Source of the DNA: Raillietiella orientalis
Taxonomy: Eukaryota
Length of the DNA: 64,000 nt
Direction: 5' to 3'
Assembly: GCA_036172245.1 (NCBI GenBank)
Contig: JAYWIR010000009.1
Coordinates: forward strand, 4,898,001 to 4,962,000
Shown: one piece after another, positions 24,901-36,119 of the stretch
Position numbering within the stretch: position 1 is the stretch's first letter
Layout of the letters: the number at the start of each line of letters is the position of its first letter
The notes under the pieces: model-generated
Database searches by the model: none
The model's input: only the letters and a program-made list of their open reading frames with translations
Told to the model about the DNA's origin: nothing
Made by a program: the position numbers and the translations under genes

Positions 24901-27900
24901 GCTTAGAGAGGCATTCGAGCTTTGGCTACCTTGGTGCACCCGGCACAAAAATCGGCGGGCAGGTTTCATGTCAAAAACATGCAAAAGGATTTGAGAGGAT
25001 TCGGAAAGAACCCCCCCTCCCCTCCTCCCCAATTTTTTTTTGTCATTCATTAAATCCAAAGTAACGTGTTTTTAAAAGCTGCAACTTATTTTGGAATTTT
25101 GCTTTTGAATTTGCGGTTTTCTCCCTGTATATATTGGATATGCATATATTATGTATGCATTGGATATGCTACACGTCAGCATTCCAAATAAAGCCAAAGA
25201 GACTAGTAAACACCGTGATATGATTAATTCATTTCCTATACCAGGGCCATTGTTCAGTTTCTTTGGCCTGCTTCTAAAATTGCCACATGCTTTGTAGAAA
25301 CAAAAGACATGACCCAAGGTACCCCAAGATGCCTCATACAGCATGCTGCATCAGACCTTTGGTGCTTACAGGGGAAGAAAACATTTTTTGAAATCTTATC
25401 GTTTTCTAACATCACCTCATTTTATTAATGATCTGATTCGTATCATGTGAACTCTGGGACTTCATTTTTGTGCTCATATACTAACGAATTACAAAATTTA
25501 CATCACACCTTGCCAAGTTTCTAGATTTGGAACATTTTTTTTTTTTGTATCATGTCTTTCATTTAACACAATGAGCACATCCGGTTTATGAGTTATTTTG
25601 AGTTCCTGTACTTTGTACGCTTTTTTTTAGCTGTTCAAAATTGTGGTAGTAGGAGGGCACCATCATGTATCTTAGTTCTTAAATGCAACATTGAGCCTTT
25701 ATTTTGTACCCATCCCCCTGTGCCATTTTTTTTTAGTTATAGGCTTTTGTTTTAAAAGTTTTTTGTTTTTGTGTATCTACCTGTTTTTCATTTATTGAAA
25801 TTTTTGTACACCTACTATAGATGATTGGAGCTTTTGCACACCTTTTTTTGTAAGAGACAAGAAGATTGTCTTCTGCATTTGAGTATCATTATTTGTGCCT
25901 GAGTTACTTATATTTGAGTTACTTTTTTTTATGAGCTAATTACTTTATTAACAATGTAACACTTTGAAAATTTGTTCTCTTATTGACAACACAGTTGCAT
26001 CATGTAGTAATCCTCATTTTATCTGCATTTGGAGTTTTGTTTATACGAAATGTGGGATAAGATGACCAATGTGTTCAAATAACAAGTGCCTTAGTAAGCA
26101 CAGAATAAATTCTGAAAAGATCCGAGTAAGCGTCAAGTCCTGATTCATCCAATTGGACTGTATGTTTGCCAAAAGAGTTATACAAAAGCCATACACTGTT
26201 GTATCACTTTTTGGTGTCAAGCTAGGAGGCAATTTCGTTTACTATTATGCTCTTTGATATGATGGGCCAATTCATGTCATTCACTTATTTGTAGGGATTT
26301 GATGCTTGTTGGAGGGGTGATTGACAAGAAGCTGGAAATGTAAGGGTGATTTTTTTGTTTGGGGAGTCATTCACTTGAGCACCAGTTTTTTAGATTATAC
26401 TTAATCTTTAATAAGAATCTGAGTGCTACTGAATTATTTTCTATTGTTACAAGAAACGTATTTCTGTTTAGGAAGTCCTTGGTCTTGTGAGATAATGGAT
26501 GCTGATCAGCTGGATAGTATAATACCAGCATTTGATGCTATTAAGCATGTACCAGTCGGAAAAAATGTGAGCGTACCAATTCATGCCAAAGGAGTATCCG
26601 TAAACGACATTGAAGTCAAAATCACGAGTATTATCCAAAATATGGTTTATTAAATTTTAAAAGAGCGTTTTACAGACCCTTATCATCAAGTGCTACCACA
26701 CCACATCATAGAAGAATCTCCAGATGTCTTTAGAGTAGAATTCACACCTCAAACTGTGGGAACATATGCTATTGATGTCCAAATCAAAGGAGAAAAGATT
26801 TTGGAAAGTCCTTTTTTCTCAAGAGTGTACGATAGTAGTTTGATCCGGGTATCAGACATACCCAGTGGAGTAGTTGGTCAACCATGTCAGTTTAAAGGTA
26901 CGTTTTTGGGAAAAGCATTGTTTAAACATCTGTTTGTTTTTATTTATTGTAGTTGATGCCAGTCAGGCAGGAGAAGGGCAGCTAGAAATTTCCATAAATG
27001 ATGGAGAAGTTCGCAATCATGTTCAAGTATTAGGTGGTGGACGTTGTCTGATAACCTTTACTCCTGAAGAAGCCAAAATTCACACAGTGGATATACGCTT
27101 TAATAGAGAGCCAGTAATTGGTAGGTAAGTAACTATTTGAGAAGGTATTACAGTTGACTTCTTAGGTTGCCCCTTTATGTGCCATATTGCTGAGAAGAGC
27201 AAGGTCCTAGCAAACTTAAGGCATCTGGAGCTCATACCTATAAATCAAACAGCAACTTTTAATATACAAATAGATGGAGGGAAACCAGGAGAATTGGAAG
27301 TATCAGTTCAATGTAAGTTCGATTTACTATGAATTTATATATTAAGTTCTGTCTCCTCCATAGCTCATAATCATGTTTTGCTGCCACTTAAAGTGGTTCC
27401 AGTTTCTGAAAACGAATTCAGAGCTGAATTTGTTCCCAAAGAAGTTGGTGCCCATTCTATTTTGGTAGAATATAATAAACTGCCAGTAACAGGGACACCC
27501 TTTACATGTAAAGTATATGATGCCAAAAGAGTCTATGTGAGTCCCATGCCCAAAGGATCTATAGGAAAAGTAGTCCAGTTTACTGGTGAGACAAGCTTAT
27601 ATATTTTGCCATCATAACCCGCTCTTTCTTTTGTAGTGGATGCCAACAATGCAGGAGAAGGAAATTTGGAGATAACAATCAGTGCCAAAAACCAGAACAT
27701 TCCTACTCAAGTGCATCCTCAGGGAAATTCACGTTTTGTTGTTAGTTTTGTTCCCTTAGAACCTGTTGAGCATGTGATTGACATTTCATTTAACAGAGAA
27801 CCTGTACCTGGTATCTGATCGGCCTTACGTTGCATGCAATTTTTGTTGTTTTCCATTTGAGGTTCCCCTTTTGTCAGTTCGGTTGCATCCGAACCTAATC

Positions 27901-30900
27901 GAGTGTTAGTTTCCGGCCAGTCCTTGTCCTCCGCTGCAGTTGGCAAACCAGCATCTTTCCATTTGAAGAATGTATCAGGCAGTGTAGAGAACGTGGAAGT
28001 GAATGTCGAGGGTAAGAAGTTGTATGGACTATACCTGCCTGAAAATGTGTGATTGCTGAATCTGCTTTTTCAGGCCGGTTTTACAAATCCATTAGACAAG
28101 TGTTTTAACTGGACACTCGTTTTGTATATATATGTACATAGACTGATCATTTCTGACGTTACTAATTAGACCTTTTCACATTCTAATAAGCATAGGTGAT
28201 AAGCATTAAATTAGGGAATGGAGCCTGGTGTGGGAATAATGTACTAATTGCTTTGGGAGCTATCATTGGCCACTTTGACATTAGGTCCCTTGGGAACTAT
28301 CCCTGCTCAAGTACGAAATAATGGGGACCAAACATTCACTGTCGAATTCATTCCCAAAACTGCTGGAGAACACAAGATTCACGTTGTCTATTCAGGAGAA
28401 CATGTCCAAGGATCTCCATTCAGTTGTAAAGTTTATGAAATCAGCCAGATCAAGGTGAAAAAAGCAAGCAAAGGCATTGTAGGAAAGGCAGTCACTTTTA
28501 TAGGTGGGTAGCTTTTTGGTCTTAGGTAAAATAGCGGAAATGAGAAAGGGATGTGATATGAGCCTGATTTCTCCATTCCCAGTGGAAACAAATCAAGCAG
28601 GACCAGGAAATTTGGAAGTAACTGTTAATGACGGGCAGATCCCAACTACAGCTCAAATGCAAGGCAGTCAGGTGTATGCTATTTCATTCATTCCGAAGGA
28701 ACCCAAACTGCACGTTTTGGAACTGAAATTTAATGGAGAAAAAGTACCAGGTACTTAGTGCAGTGATTGCGTAATAGTGCATTTTTTTTTTTTTTTTTTT
28801 CTTTCAAGGGAGCCCATTCCATTGCTCAGTTGTTGATCCCAATCAAATAATTCTGAAGGGAGATGGAATCGAAAAAGTGCCAGCCAACCGGAAGGCTTCG
28901 TTTAATATTGTTGGGCAATTTGTTATGTCTGATGTGGAAGTGTATATATGGTCTCCTTCAAAACAATCTGTCCCATGCACTTTGAGACAAATTAGTGAAG
29001 GGAATTGTTTGGTGGAATATATTCCTGAAGAAGTTGGTCAGTTTTGCATTTACTAAAAAATTTGCCTTCTAATAAACGGATCCTGTGTCACTAGGTGACT
29101 ACCAGGTAGATGTGAAAGTGTTTGATGTACCCGTGCCAGGTGATGCTTCCGTTGTGAAGGTTTATGATGCCACCAAGATTAGTGTAACAAACATTTCGAG
29201 TGGTGCAGTTGGCAAACCTGTCTTTTGCAATGGTGATTAAACCATAGAAAGTTAAGAGATATATGCTTTGAGGACCTTAGTTGATGCAAGTCAGGCTGGA
29301 GCGGGCAATTTAGAAATTATTGTATCAGTCAATGGAAAGAATGTTCCAAACTACGTACAGTCAGAAGGAAATGCAAAGTTTCGAGTTAATTTTGTTCCAC
29401 AGGAAGCGTCACCTCATGTACTGCGAGTTCGTTTCAATGGAGAAAACGTTCCTGGTAACTCATTCCCATCCATGAAAACAGTTCAATGTACTTTTGTGTA
29501 GGATCTCCTTTCAACATTCGCGTGAGCGATTCCAGCAAGATCCTGATATCCGGTGAAGGGCTGAAAATGTGTTCTCTACAAAAGACTGCAACACTCACTG
29601 TTGACCCCTGTGGTATGGAAGTTAGTGAATGCACGGCAACAGTGGTATCTCCATTTGGAAATGTTGTGCCTACTCATATTAATAGAAGTCAAGCTGGACC
29701 ATTTGCTATTGAATTTATCCCTCAGGAAGTTGGTAAGTTGATAACCAAGATTCTAGATAGAGTTTTTAGAGTGGTATAGGACCTCACACAGTATCTGTGG
29801 CCCTGGATGGAGAAGCACTTTCTGGCAGTCCCTTTCTGTGTAATGTTTATGATGTGTCCCAGGTGAAAGTTTCTGGACTCGGTGGTAGTTTCTGGGCTAA
29901 AGTAGGCAATTTGCTGTTTTGTTTTTTGTATGGCACCTCTCCTGTAGATAGGTCAGCCTGTCACGTTCACTGTTGATGCATCTCAAGCTGGAGAGGGCAC
30001 TTTGGAACTTGTTATTACTACTATGAAATCATCTGTACGTGCTGAAGTGATTGCCAAAAGTCGTGGACTTTATGATGTTACTTTTGTGCCTGTGGATGCT
30101 GTCACCCATTTTGCAAACATTACCTTTAATGACGAAGACGTTCCTGGAAGCCCATTCAAATGTGATGTGCTGGAATTTGTCAAGAATAGCGATAGTAGCA
30201 ACCATACATTAGTACAAACCGCCTATGTATCTGGAAAAGGACTAAGGGAAGCTGTTGTTGGCAACAGGGCAACATTTCAGATTGAAAAACAGAATGATAG
30301 CGAAATCGATGTTCGTGTCTTAGGTTAGTAATTTTCTGCAAAAACCTCTTTCAACTCTTGCGGCAGGTCCTTCAGATGCACTTGTTCCTGTAAAAATAAC
30401 GCACTTGTCAGATAGCTTGTTTCAAGTTGATTATCAGCCAGAGGAGGCAGGGCTTCATAAAGTCGAAGTGTACAGTGAAGGCAAACTGCTCTCTGGGCAT
30501 CCATACTTGGTGGAAGTACTAGATCCAGCTCGTGTCAGAGTTACAGCCTTAGAGGATGGTATAATAGGACAAGAATGCCGCTTCCGAGGTATTATTGCGA
30601 CACTTCGTGTGCAGTGTCTTAATTGCTGTGTAGTGGATGCATCTAAAGGGGGAAAAGGTAATGTGGTAGCACGGATTTCTGCTGCTGGCCAAGAGGTGAG
30701 TAGCAGCATCCATGAGGTTGCTTGGCATCTGTATGAGGTCACATTCAAACCTACCATGGCAATCCCCCATAAAGTGGATGTTCTTTTTCAAGATATGCGA
30801 TTATCAGGTACACATGCTACAAAGGAATCTGTTTTAACCTTTACGAGTTAGGTTGTCCATTCGAAATTCCTATTCAGAATCCTCGTTCAGGAAAGTCTTT

Positions 30901-33266
30901 AACAGCCAACGGCTTGGGACTGTATCAGTCTCGTGTTGGTCAGGCAACCAATTTTGTAGTGGAAACACAAAATCGGGCAGCCAAGGACTTTGATATCGTC
31001 ATATTAAATGCTTCCAATAGCCCTTTGCCTATTCGCTGTTATCAACAGAAAGATGGCAATCTTTTAGCGGAATTCGTGACCCAAGAAGCAGGTTGGTTCT
31101 TTGGAATTTACTCTTGAACTGCTGCTATGCTTGATGTCAACTAGGTAGTCATCGTATTGAAGTCTATTTCGGTGGCCAGCTGATGGAAGGCTGCCCCTTC
31201 TTTTGCCAAGCTTATGATCCCAGTAAAGTCGAAATACAAGGTGATTTCCACCGACCCTATCGAATCAACGAGCGAATATCAATGAAAGGTTTGTGTTTGT
31301 TTGTGTGCGTTTGAGAAAAGAAAGCAACCTTTTTTGCATCCCAGTTGACAATCAGAAAGCAGGAATTGCTGAACTGAAAGCAGTGGTGGTGAATGAAGAA
31401 GGCAAGCCTACACCCACATCCATTAGCTCTTCACCAGATGGAATTTCGGTAGAATTTATCCCCGTCACTCCAGGTATATACAAAGCACGATTTTTCTATG
31501 GGATCGATGAAGTTTCTGGTGAGTACAAAATCTCAAATGTTCACACCGGCTACCTATCAATCGCGATGTAGAATCTCCGCTCACGTTCACCGTTGAGAAA
31601 GAAGGCATACCTCAAGCTTACGGAGAAGGTCTTGATCAGGGACAAGTGGGCTCTGTGTGTCAGTTCAAAATCAACGCCTCTGGCTTGAAAGGGTTGCCCG
31701 AAGTCCGTGTAGATGGACCAGATAGTTCTGTAAACTGTCAGGTGGAGACTTTAGAAGATGGCTTGTTCGTAGCGAAGTTTATTCCTGCGGAAGTTGGTGT
31801 TTTCGATGTGACTGTCACGTGGAACAATAAAGAAATCCCTGGGTCTCCCTTTCATCCAAGAATTGTCAACTCGTCCAAAGTGCGCATCATTGGAGGTCTT
31901 GAGGCTCTGTTGAATGACCAAAGGAAGATGGAATTGTGCCTTGGAGAGAAGAAAAAAATCAGTTTTGATGTTAGTGAAGCTGGACCTGCAGCTTTGACAG
32001 CCGACATGACAGGTCCTCGACGATCTGTGAATGTCGAAATCGAGCAGATCGGCTCCAGCCGATGCAAGCTGACTTTCACCCCCACAGAAGAGGGGGAGCA
32101 CACATTAAAGCTTTATTGGAATGGAATCCCATTGCCCATGTCTCCCATTGCCTGTTATGTTGAGTCTCTGAAGCCATTATCTGACCACAAAGGAGTCGTT
32201 TTGAAAGGCCATGGGTTAACCCATGCGCACAGTGGCCAGGAAGCGGAGTTCGTCATCGATGGCTCCGAAGCAGGCGCAGGTTAGAGACGGTGGCGGACAG
32301 CGTCGAAAATCATTAATCGGCTGCCTCTATTCAAGGTTCTCCTGAGGTCACTCTTACCGGTGCGAACACCGACGTCAAAGTGCAGATGTACAACTTGGGG
32401 AACAACATGCACAAGGCCGTCTACGTTCCTCCTGCCGCCGGAAGCTATCTGCTCGATGTATTCTGGGGTGGAAGGTGCGCATTTTCAGTTGGGCGGTGAG
32501 AGTGCTTTTGATCGCGCCGCTCTTTTGCAGACAAGTGAAACAGTGCCCGTTGAAAGTCATAGTGACTTCAAACACGGATGCAAGCAAAGTGATCTGCTCT
32601 GGCGATGGGCTGAAAGGAGGATACATCGGAAGGGATATAAAAAGCATTATCGATACCCGGCATGCGGGACCCGGTGAACTCACAGCCTTTTGCACAGGCC
32701 CCCACAAAGTGGCCTACTGTGAATTGTATGACCACGAAGATGGCATGTTCACGTTAAACATAAAGCCTCAAGAAATAGGCATGCACTCGTTGATCATATC
32801 CTATGGTCGGAAGAACGTTCCGGGAAGTCCCTTCCGGTTTCGCGTGTCAGCCCCGCCCGATGCCAGCAAAGTGAAAGTTTATGGGCCCGGAGTAGAGCCA
32901 GGTGTTTTGCCCACGTTCCAAAGCAAGTTCATTTGTGATACAAGAGGAGCTGGCGCAGGGCAGTTGACGGTGAGAATCAGAGGACCAAAGGGCGCATTCC
33001 GGGTGGAGATGCGAAGGGAAAGCCAGAAGGACCGTACGATACTATGCAAGTACAATCCCACCGAGCCAGGCGACTACAGAGTGGAAGTGAAGTGGTCAGG
33101 GGAGCATGTCCCGGGATCTCCCTTCCTCGTTGTTATTTTCGATACCCAAGAAGAACTTGGTCGTTATTTACAAGGCGGTTACTCCCATATACCGTCTCCA
33201 ACAGAACTGTATGGGATCAGTGGTTATGGACAGTTATCCTGGCGTGGATCTCAAGCACAGCTTTGA
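6578..33266 (+). CDS. jbug: Filamin-like actin cross-linker, jitterbug/FLN-2 type (3 CH domains + filamin Ig-like repeats), 38 coding exons, about 2701 aa
   Basis: Manually spliced GT-AG model giving one open frame of 8106 nt: join(6578-6926,14437-14561,14723-14853,15101-15314,15365-15482,15685-15872,15916-16068,16110-16238,16292-16510,16563-16785,16831-16902,16948-17121,17172-17363,17558-17776,17811-17978,26472-26627,26676-26897,26953-27120,27166-27312,27364-27585,27637-27810,27862-28011,28285-28503,28583-28750,28809-29036,29095-29232,29281-29454,29502-29732,29780-29901,29948-30323,30367-30588,30634-30807,30852-31091,31145-31288,31345-31518,31572-32279,32336-32474,32531-33266). Motifs: CH1 WIEIQTHTFKNWVNEQL...[30 protein letters not shown]; CH2 NFTTDWNSG; CH3 NFTTDWNDG; repeated VDASQAG.G.L...F.P...G.H.....F....VPGSPF; C-terminus WRGSQAQL. 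The symbol rests on recognising the architecture, not on a search. Confidence 0.9.
9100..9460 (-). mobile_element. Possible degenerate LINE AP-endonuclease fragment in filamin intron 1
   Basis: Minus-strand peptide DKIMHILIHLEVPTIIIMGLKIEFNG loosely resembles the APE P.IIMGDFN region; interrupted by stops. Confidence 0.2.
11550..12980 (-). mobile_element. Degenerate Ty3/Gypsy LTR-retrotransposon remnant (gag knuckle and integrase C-terminus) in filamin intron 1
   Basis: Minus-strand fragments YESGSWVLLWIPKLVYGNSQRIYSKYPPG (resembles the integrase GPY/F-region consensus GD.VL.W.P...G...KL...Y.GPY) and CYFVNGVVH / TNDGFRCL (gag zinc-knuckle-like); PBS-like TGGTGG near 12970; many stops and frameshifts. 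Confidence 0.4.
14437..17978 (+). CDS. jbug: Filamin exons 2-15 (CH1 end, CH2, CH3, first Ig repeats, linker)
   Basis: Consecutive GT-AG exons with consistent phases; peptides [73 protein letters not shown]. Confidence 0.88.
17405..17432. repeat. (TGAC)n tetranucleotide microsatellite in filamin intron 13
   Basis: tgactgactgactgactgactgaccgac. Confidence 0.9.
19479..19595. repeat. Tandem duplication, 2 x 57 bp
   Basis: gaatggtatgcagcgcgcgtcttcgggtgtgtacctggttccttatgtactctcctg repeated at 19479 and 19536 with 3 mismatches. Confidence 0.95.
19850..20700 (-). mobile_element. Degenerate hAT (ZBED1/Tol2-like) transposase remnant in filamin intron 15
   Basis: Collinear minus-strand fragments: RPLQSHLFPSLTQFY (PSR..L...IP.LY-like), TTDTVA (TDNA-like), HPCARVPSLQLCWHSISDALAACKVMITHLKDS (C.AH.LQL.V...L...C..IV.HF..S-like), CNLTRCW (TRWNS-like), LTSEQKW. 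Confidence 0.45.
22005..22080. repeat. Compound (GA)n/(GGA)n/(A)n/(CA)n microsatellite
   Basis: Direct reading; a second (GA)n tract lies at about 23165-23184. Confidence 0.9.
23990..24300 (-). mobile_element. Possible degenerate LINE RT C-terminal fragment
   Basis: Minus-strand LQLIRSLIRPTMLWG resembles the LY..LIRP.L.YG motif of RTE/CR1-type ORF2. Confidence 0.3.
26472..33266 (+). CDS. jbug: Filamin exons 16-38 (Ig-repeat rod and C-terminus, stop TGA at 33264-33266)
   Basis: 23 exons separated mostly by 43-58 nt introns; filamin repeats such as VDASQAGEGQLEISIN, VDASQAGAGNLEIIVSVNG, DTRGAGAGQLTVRIRGPKG, HVPGSPF. Confidence 0.92.
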
Positions 33267-33323
33267 TCAGAGAACCTCAGTGGCCAAATTGCTAAATTCA
33301 ATATACATTAATAATCATAATTT

Positions 33324-33329
33324 AATAAA
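33324..33329 (+). terminator. Polyadenylation signal of the filamin gene
   Basis: AATAAA 57 nt after the stop codon, in an AT-rich 3' UTR followed by GT/T-rich sequence. Confidence 0.6.
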
Positions 33330-34499
33330 TTTTTATCACGAGCACAGAATATCCGATGTTTATAAGTGAACGGTATCGTCGTTGTTTGCGTCATAGGTGG
33401 TTCTTTTTTTTTTTTTGGGGTGGGGGTGGGGGCATACAAGTGCCGCATGTGCTGTGCTGCGGTTGCCGCAGGAGACCTTGCAGTCCTGATGCCGCCTTCA
33501 GCATGGTGGAGACAACGCTCAGCATCCCAGGTTTCCAGGTGCTGCCACCTAGAACCGGAAATGCCAACCGTCACATGCACCAGCGTGTATTTGTGCCGTG
33601 GTACATGTCACTAGGCAACCTAGTTTATCACACACGCGAAAAAAAAAACAAGAGCGCAGCATGCACAAAAGGTTTTAAGAGACGCGGGCGTGTTTGTGTT
33701 CGCACACGTGAGCGATGCCAACGGTATTTTTTGGCGCATGAGAAAGTGAGAGAGGTCGATGTGGCTACAGCAGAAACTTGCAGCGAGTTCTTCGAGCTTT
33801 ACTCGACTCTGCACGACGTGACACGTTGAAAACGGGGGCTTCTCTCCGTCCTTCTTCTGTGGGTTCTCCCTTTCGATAAGACATTGGTTTGGTCTCGAGG
33901 AAAAGCCATCCAATCCAATCCAAGAAGGAACTTCCTGATCTTCCACGTCACCAACCCTGAGACACTTACCGGAAAAAAAAAAGAAAGAAAAGAAAAACCA
34001 ACAAATGCAAGAATCGGCGCGCGTGCACTTTCAGATCATTCTGGAAATCGGGACCGACGGGGGACGCAAGCACCAGCCACCCAACTCAGAGACCAGCCCC
34101 CGACTCATGAATCCAGACGCTGCCATCGCTGCTGAATTCCAGCCACACGTATAACAACACCAAACGAACGGAAACGTTCGGTTGCGTTTCTTCCTTCTCC
34201 TGCGATTATCTCGAGACGCCCGCCCCCCGTGCATTAGGCATCCCTGCGACTGGGATCACGGGAAGAAAAAACGCACCACAGAACCCACTTGGGTGGACGG
34301 AAGTCATTCCTAACTGTGGCTACCATTCGAACCATAGATGAGAAAAGCTTCTTTTTGGGGTTTATTTGTTTATTATACTGTGGTTATTTGTAGGATGATG
34401 GAGATTCTTTGGGGGTTTTCTGTTTCGCTGCATTCCTTATAGCTTCTTTTTTTTTTTTTTTTTTTCCGTCGGATGTCCGTTTTTGGTTCGCCTGCCTAG

Positions 34500-35014
34500 G
34501 GGGCGCTTACGAAGCTCTTCAAAGCCGTCCACGCCGCCAGAGGGTGCGCGTAGCCTTTCAAGTTAAAAGGTGCCCCGGGAGGGGACCACCCTATGAATCC
34601 AGGAAGGGCTCCGGAGGAAGGGGTCCGTTCCTCTTATGCTCGGGAGGGAACCACCATCTCTTCCTTGTTCTCTCCGGAGGGGTCTCTCCTGGTTTCCTCC
34701 TCTGAAGAAAACCCTGAAGGAGAGCTTCCGATTTCTATGAAGGGCGGCTCCCCGAAGGGAGCAGCGCGCTTCTACACTCTCGAGAGACGACCCTCCGAGG
34801 GGAGTATCAACCAGCTTTATGGTGAGAGATGGAGGGTGCATCCCGAGGGAAGGGTTGGGTCCATCTGCACAACCAAACCCCGAAGAGCTCCTCGATGTCC
34901 TGAAAGAACCAGGAGGATCAACTTCAAATTCCGGTCAGCCGATGAAGGGGCATCCGACTGCCCTCCACCAGTGCCGCACGGCACCCAAATCGTCCACCAA
35001 CCAGCGTCATCCTG
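34500..35014 (-). mobile_element. SINE-like element, copy 1 (body; head apparently displaced by a LINE fragment)
   Basis: Shares blocks cgaagctcttcaaa, agagggtgcgcgtagcc..caagtt, ccggaggaag..gttcctct, tctgaagaaaaccctgaagg and ccagcgtcatcct with the copies at 38775, 39580, 40110 and 57910. Confidence 0.65.
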
Positions 35015-35049
35015 TTCAAGATGACGCTGAAGCGCGCCGGAAACGTCGG

Positions 35050-35906
35050 TACCTGTTCCACTGCGGACTGGAGCTCCGGCGAGTGATCAAGCTTATCACT
35101 CTCCGGAGGATGAACACCTGGATCTCCTGCCTGGATACTTGTTTGCCTCACCGAAAGGACTAAGGCGCTGGGGCGAGCTACTGAGCACCCCGCTGGAAGT
35201 ACTCGAGTGGCCCCAGTGCTGAAGTATACCGGATCCTTCCCCTGAAGTGGCAGGAGTCGGCGTTTTTGGTGCTGCACTGGGGACTCCCCAGCAACGCCCG
35301 CCGATCTGGAAGAGTACGAGGGGGGCTGTGGATTCGAACTGCGTCAGGTGTGGGGTACGGGAATCCCTCCCGCACCTGCTTGTTGACTGTGTTACCCTCT
35401 GTTCCCTGTGGTTGCGTTTTGCAACGGCCCTAGGTGCACCTTTGAACGCTCCCAGAGACGCACAAGTGCCTCTTTGTGCGCGACGCCTCTTTTGCCTGCC
35501 GCAGCCCTTGCAGCCCTTTGCTGCCTACGTGGGATTGTGTCAACCTGGAGCAGTGCCACTGGTGGACAGCACGATAGGCAGCACGATAGGGACGCCATCT
35601 GCTTCTCCCTGGGCTTCCTGAGGACGGCAGCACGATGACTCCACCTGGGAGATACTCAGATGGAACTTGCCGGCATCCTGGAAAGGATGTAGAGGAAGGC
35701 CTGCAGTGGAACGTGATTCCTTCCCCAGCCTCCCCTGTCTTTGTAAATAGCGCTCTTTTTCTTCCTTTTCTTTTTGTTTGTCCCCTCTCCTTCCACTGGC
35801 GAGTCGATCCTCGCCGACCTGCGTGCAGGTGACTCAGCAAGTTTCGAACTCTTTCGGACGTTGTACGGACGATGGTCCTACATATTATTGTTTGTTTCAA
35901 AATAAA
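35050..35906 (+). mobile_element. 5'-truncated Tx1/L1-like LINE 3' end, copy 1 (zf-RVT CCHC domain and 3' UTR)
   Basis: LPLKWQESAFLVLHWGLP...CVRCGVRESLPHLLVDCVTLCSLW matches the non-LTR ORF2 C-terminal Cx2C-x7-H-x4-C zinc-binding motif; frameshifted; ends at a T-rich UTR with AATAAA at 35901. Confidence 0.7.
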
Positions 35907-36119
35907 CGCCCCGGCGCACCCGTGTGTCAAAACCAGAGTCATCCTGGGGGGTACTCCAAACCCACGGCTCCCCCTCCCCGCCTCGCAGCCGCACGACCGT
36001 CGACGCGGAACAACAAAGTTCACAGGCCCGCGCCGATGTCGGTGCTCCACCGTGCGTAGGCAGGAAGAACATCCCTCGCCACCGCGCTGTCCTCCCCCAG
36101 GGAACACATGGTCAGCAGC

